Below, piece after piece: positions 7,880-12,530 of a stretch of 12,530 bases of DNA; the first letter of the stretch is position 1, and every line of letters begins with the position of its first letter. The stretch spans positions 1 to 12,530 of the forward strand of contig JADGIF010000261.1 in the NCBI GenBank assembly GCA_018985225.1, written 5' to 3'. Origin of the DNA: Amoeboradix gromovi X-113 (taxonomy: Eukaryota > Fungi > Sanchytriomycota). Position numbers and translations under genes: made by a program. The notes beneath the pieces are model-generated. The model saw only the letters and a program-made list of their open reading frames with translations, searched no databases and had not been told where the DNA came from.

Positions 7880-9193
7880 TTACTGACCTCTTTTTCTCTT
7901 CTTTTGCTTAGGTCTTTCTTTGACTTTACATGATTTACATTTGCATCCACCTTCGAATAGAGTCTCTGAAGAATAGGCAAACAAGAGCTCTTCGTACTCC
8001 TTTATGTCTCTATTAGCAACGAACCCAATTCTAAACAATTCCGGCATTCTGTATTTACCATAAAACTAAATAAATAAAGTAGTTACAAATACTTGCTTAA
8101 GATTTGAATCCTTACAATCGTGATTAAAAAATCGCGTGATATTACCATAGTAGGTGGCATCCAAATAAAATTCAGGGTCTCTCAATCCTTTTTCACTGGC
8201 TGCAATATGCCTATCAATCCCAAAGGTATACAAATTGTCGACCAACTTATATATTATATGGCGGTGTTTATCAATTACGGAGTTATAAACTTCTCCTACA
8301 TATTCACCAATGTATTGGTCCTTTTTAATTAATTTTAAGGCACGCACACCCCAACCTCTACCATCACTAGTCATAAATACTTCTAGAGAATCTAGCATAT
8401 GCTCGCAATTGCCCAAATCTCTGTATTTGATAGAAATGCATGGTTTCTTGCATCTGCAGGACTCGGAACAGCCGCCAACCAAATCACCATTATTTGACAC
8501 CAGTTCATGCTTGCTGCAAGGGCAGCTATTAGTACAAGCGTAAGCACAATTACATCCATTATTGTCCACTTGAAATCCATCGAAATCACCGCAAATAGGA
8601 TGATAAATGGGTTCACTAATATACTGTAGGCGAGGAAAAGCTGTGGAATCAAAATCATTAACCACCCTAAATTTGGGCAAAGGTACGTCATATGGCTCAA
8701 TCCCCATCAATTCTTTCAAGGGCTCGTCATATAGTTCAGTAGCATCCAAATCGTCAGCAAGTTCTTCAAGATCTCCTATTGCGTCTGGAAAATAAGTAGT
8801 TCTGCGAGGAAAATATTGCCTAAGCTTTTCGATAGTTACGCCAAAGACACAAGCTAAAGCTCTGATATATAACGGCCTTAGATCTTCGTAGTCTATCGCT
8901 AATATAGAATCACTTTTTAAAGCAAATATAAAGTCCAAAACACTTTTAGTGCATTCCTGACTTAAACCACCAGTTTCTATCCTGTATAGCCGTTTAAAGC
9001 GGGTTTTTTGGTGGGCATAGAACATATTGTGCAATCTCTCTAAAATATCAAATTGAGATTGATCTAAAAGTTCGGCAATCGCATCCGTTATAACGCACCA
9101 TTCATGCAGGTGTATTGGCTGCTGCAGTAAAGATTTTTGATACTTGATGATATGTGGAACCAAGAATTTCTTCCTTTTTACTATTTCAACCAT
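7880..9193 (-). CDS. SUV39/Clr4/G9a-family histone-lysine methyltransferase (pre-SET + SET + post-SET); exons 9193-8087 and 8065-7880, ~430 aa
   Basis: Nine-Cys pre-SET (GCNCAYACTNSCPC...GCSESCRCKKPC), GRGWGV, EYVGEV and DATYYGNITRFFNHDC. Exon 2, missed by the track, supplies RIGFVANRDIKEYEELLFAY, CKCKSC and the basic tail KQKKRKR. Confidence 0.9.
8066..8086 (-). other. 21-nt spliceosomal intron in the SET gene (GTAACTACTTTATTTATTTAG)
   Basis: GT..AG, phase 0, contains the in-frame TAG. Removal leaves 15 aa between NL and RI, the same spacing as in SUV39H1 (recalled). An alternative donor 6 nt upstream (27-nt intron) fits that spacing less well. Confidence 0.85.
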
Positions 9194-9220
9194 TTCACTC
9201 CTAACTCCGTCCAAACAAAT
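9194..9220. promoter_or_regulatory. 27-bp head-to-head spacer between the SET and FZO1 start codons (putative bidirectional promoter)
   Basis: The first in-frame ATGs are at 9193 (-) and 9221 (+). The track's earlier starts are TTG codons. Confidence 0.45.
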
Positions 9221-11996
9221 ATGGATTATGACTCCAGTTCAGTTAAATCAGAGCACGTAATAGATATAAATTATTTCCAAGAAGCCCAGCAGTCATTGCT
9301 CGCAGGAATTCAGCACATTCAGAAATTGTTACCTAGATTGAAGCATCTAGAAATCGTCAAAGTTCCAGGTAGCTGCCAAGTTCAAACATTTCGTAACCAT
9401 TTTAAGCTTAATCAAAATTTTCAGCATTCTAGCTGGTTATCAATATACAGGAAAGACATTTTGAAAGGACTTGACGTTGACGCTCTTAGAAATCACGATG
9501 ATTGGCCAACTAATCCCAGTCAGCGTATTTTGTCTAAGTCTGGATGGGATGATATAAACTCTTATCTAGAGTCCTTCAAGATTCGACTGAGTGATGAAAC
9601 TAACAGATTGCTCGTTGTTGGGGATTTAAATAGCGGAAAATCCAGTCTTGTGAACTCATTATTGGGTAGAAATGTAGTTTGTGTTGACCAGATGCCTCTT
9701 ACTGCTTGCTTTTGTGAGGTCATCGCTGGAAAGGACGTTATGGACGAAGTTGTTCATGCTATCCCTAAAATGGACAATTATGATTTTAATGACAAAAACA
9801 CTTTTGTTACTCATCAGTTATCAGATCTCAAGAGATTGCTAGCTGATGATCCGTCCCCTTTTGAATTCTTAAAGGTTTATGTGTCTCACCACTTCCATAA
9901 CCAAACCTCAAAGGATTTTCTTGAAAAGATGTCGCTAATTGATAGTCCAGGCCTAAACATTGACGCAGAAAAGACCTTGAATTTATTTCGTAAGCAGCGT
10001 GAAATAGATGTTATTGTCTTTGTCGTGAATGCTGAAAACTTGATAACTTATTCCGGCCAAGAGTTCTTGAAATCAATCAGCAACGAGAAACCATATTTTT
10101 TTTTGATAGTCAATAAGTTCGACAACATAGTGGATAAAGCTAGATGCAAGCGTGACATCTTGGGTCAGCTAAAGAAACTCTCGCAATTTGTTAGCGAGGA
10201 TACTTCTAAAATGGTTCATTTTGTAAGCGCCAAAAAAGTACTCGAAGAAAGGGTAGATCTTCTTGTGCCATCTGGTGAGGATCAAAAACTGGTAGCCAGT
10301 TTCAGCCAATTCGAAAGCCATTTAAAGAAGTTTATTGTTCTAAACAGAACAGCATCTAAACTACTTCCGGCAAAGAAATTTATGACCGACATGTTAAAGG
10401 ATTGCTTAGAACTAGTAGATGGTAATTTGGCGCAGAATATTATACACTTTGCAAAAGAATCTGACGTCATCTTGCGACAATCACCTCGCTTTATAAGTAC
10501 CATTGAGAAGTATGAAAGCATGTGTATTCGGGTTAATCGTATAATATCAGATACTGTAAAATGTGTAGAGATACATGTCAAAAGACATCTGGACAGATTT
10601 ATTGACTCTTTTTTGAATGAATGGCCAAATGTTAATTTTACAAACTATCCTTCTTCTTGGGGCAAAGATATAAGCACCAATGATAACTGGCTGCAGTACA
10701 GATTAAGAGAGCAGCCAAATGCACCTCTATGGCGAGGAGCGTTTGACACTTTGGCTTATGCACGAGAGTTACAAGATTACTTTAATGACTGCATAATTTA
10801 TGAGTTAACAGTGGTAGAGCAAAAAGTATTATATGACATCAAAGAAGCAATTAGCGATATACTGGCACTGTATTCTGATATAGACATTCCATTTGATTTC
10901 CTTGTAGAATCACCGGAGCAGTTTATAAACCAAAAAACACCAAGGAGTGTACAAACTGTTAATCAAATATTGAAAGAGAACTGGACTGCTGACGGTATAC
11001 AAGAAATATTACAGTCTGATATATTCACTAGGCAGGTCAAATCAATAAACAAGGTTGAATTGCATTCAAATTTGACAGTCATACAAGAGCCTAGATTGCG
11101 GCCAAAAGTAGTTGGACTATTTGATATTATAACTGCAAAACCAGCCACGAGATCTTTGATAGTGCCCCATTTCTTTTTAAGTGCCGCCACATCAATTTCT
11201 AGCATATATCATGTGTTTTCGTATTCTACTCGACTAGTTTATAACTTCTTTACAAAAACACCTGTGATTCTACATTCCACAACATTAGCAACAGCTGCAG
11301 TAATGCTTGCCCGAGTTTCTGATGTTGTGTCTTTTTTTGGCAAATCTGTGGATGTTTTAGTTAAAGTTGGATCATTTATTTATTCTGTTTCTATCAAGGT
11401 AGTAATAGACGTGGGATCGTATGTGTCTGGATTGATGACACCAGGATTCAGCAGTATTAATAAGTCATCTGTGAAACCCCTTTATATGCCAAGAATGGAA
11501 AACAAAGAATTTGATAGATCTATGGCTAGCAGACCACTAATTTTGCCTAATAGACAGTTGTCAATTTTGGAGAAGGCATACGGCTTCTTACCGAATATTG
11601 TAATACCCAATACCTATATTTATGGCGCTGCAGTTGGACTATTTGGTAATAATCATTAACTTAGCAAGTGGAGTTCTTTTCTACTACTTTACAGATATGC
11701 AGCGAACTGTGCAAGGGTGCGTAATACAGAAATCTATTGACTATATACAGAATTTAGCAGTATCAGATGCTTATGCAAAGAGATTATCAGCATTAACTGA
11801 GCAATTGATGCTTGAAAGAGTAAAAGAAATAGATCCCAAGATATACAATTCACTGATTCAAAAGTCAGAAAAGTTAAGTAGCTCGATATTGGAATGTAAC
11901 ATGCTGGGTGACCAGATTATTGCATTATGCAATGAATTGGAGAGAATTGACAGTTTATTACAAGTGGTAGCAAGCACAAATATAGATAAATTGTAA
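9221..11996 (+). CDS. FZO1: Mitofusin Fzo1, mitochondrial outer-membrane fusion GTPase; exons 9221-11645 and 11665-11996, ~918 aa
   Basis: G1 GDLNSGKS, VDQMPLTACFCEV, G3 LIDSPGLN, RQREIDVIVFVVNAEN, G4 VNKFD and VHFVS match fungal Fzo1 motifs. Splicing restores a TM helix (YIYGAAVGLFASGVLFYYF) followed by a C-terminal helical region. AATAAA at 12004-12009. Confidence 0.9.
11646..11664 (+). other. 19-nt spliceosomal intron in FZO1 (GTAATAATCATTAACTTAG)
   Basis: GT..AG, phase 1, with a TTAAC branch-like motif. It contains the TAA that ends track ORF 9137-11659. Removal fuses that ORF in frame to ORF 11622-11996 (total CDS 2757 nt, 919 codons). Confidence 0.9.
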
Positions 11997-12240
11997 CAGA
12001 AGGAATAAATCAATTCCTTTAGCCTCTAGCTTAATATAAAGTAATCTATTAAGTTTATATTCTGGATTCTTTCGGGCATGTCTCCCTAAAATGTGGGACT
12101 TACGCACAAACAGTGAGTAAACCACCTGTTTGTCGCAATAAAATGATAAGCACGAAACGTTGGGCGAGCTGAATACACTGATAAGTTGAAACTGGGTCTG
12201 GTTCTAACCTGAGAGATGCCATCGTAGTAGTGTTAAAAAT

Positions 12241-12530
12241 CGCCTTTGGCGTGGAAGTGAAAAAGACAAAAAATAAAGAACTCTCAATATCATAGGACTT
12301 CTTTTTATTGGTACTGGTATTTTGTCACCATTCAACACTTTGCAGATCTACGACTTAGCAATTTTATCGCATCAGAATATGTGAAATGAAAAGAACTCAA
12401 AGTTCATTAGAGTTGCGACCATTCAAAAACAATATGATGTGTCCAACACTTGTAGTAGCTGCAAGCGTTATGAAAGGATTCAGTCGTTGCGTCAATTGTC
12501 AGCAATGCGGTCACCAAGAGCATAGAGATA
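12241..12530 (+). pseudogene. Decayed TnpB/Fanzor-like C-terminal fragment (RuvC/zinc ribbon), cut by the window edge
   Basis: One frame reads LLFIGTG...KFIRVATIQKQYDVSNTCSSCKRYERIQSLRQ. After a frameshift near 12496 it continues CQQCGHQEHRD. This fits the S..C..C ... C..CG...RD pattern. In-frame stops at 12274 and 12382. Confidence 0.55.

Noticed and set aside
8066-8068. Stop-codon reassignment (TAG/TAA = Gln, as in Amoeboaphelidium protococcarum) to explain the in-frame TAG in the SET domain
   Set aside because: The TAG is the acceptor of a 21-nt intron whose removal gives canonical spacing. The long ORFs have no other internal TAR codons, and SYF1, the LEA-like gene, the SET gene and FZO1 all end in TAA.
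978-11205. Short antisense or alternate-frame track ORFs (e.g. 978-1268, 1620-1805, 1967-2260, 2801-3108, 4647-5199, 6354-6575, 8120-8795, 10282-10581, 10963-11205)
   Set aside because: They are shadows of the longer, better-supported genes and show no recognisable motifs.
2212-11664. SYF1 and FZO1 as frameshifted pseudogenes or programmed frameshifts
   Set aside because: Both shifts coincide with GTAA...TAG 19-mers whose removal restores conserved sequence, and no other lesions are present.

Overview
AT-rich, very gene-dense eukaryotic DNA, probably from a genome-reduced fungus or close fungal relative (inferred from a fungal-type Fzo1 mitofusin). There are six protein genes: an unknown membrane protein (GIDE/At1g16860-like by eye), the splicing factor SYF1, a LEA-like hydrophilin, a coiled-coil protein, a SUV39/Clr4-type pre-SET/SET methyltransferase, and FZO1. 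The ORF track breaks SYF1, the SET gene and FZO1. Each break is repaired exactly by an ultra-small GT-AG intron (19, 21 and 19 nt), which is the strongest unusual signal in the window. Intergenic gaps are as small as 13-27 bp, and AATAAA often sits at or beside the stop codon. The three longer non-genic tracts (1-1030, 5424-6390, 12000-end) carry repeats. A ~120-bp element occurs twice in inverted orientation (432-548 and 5467-5585), with conserved flanks and a hairpin core of differing sequence. There are also local duplications, and a decayed TnpB/Fanzor-like C-terminal fragment runs off the right edge. All calls come from manual reading and motif recall; no searches were run.
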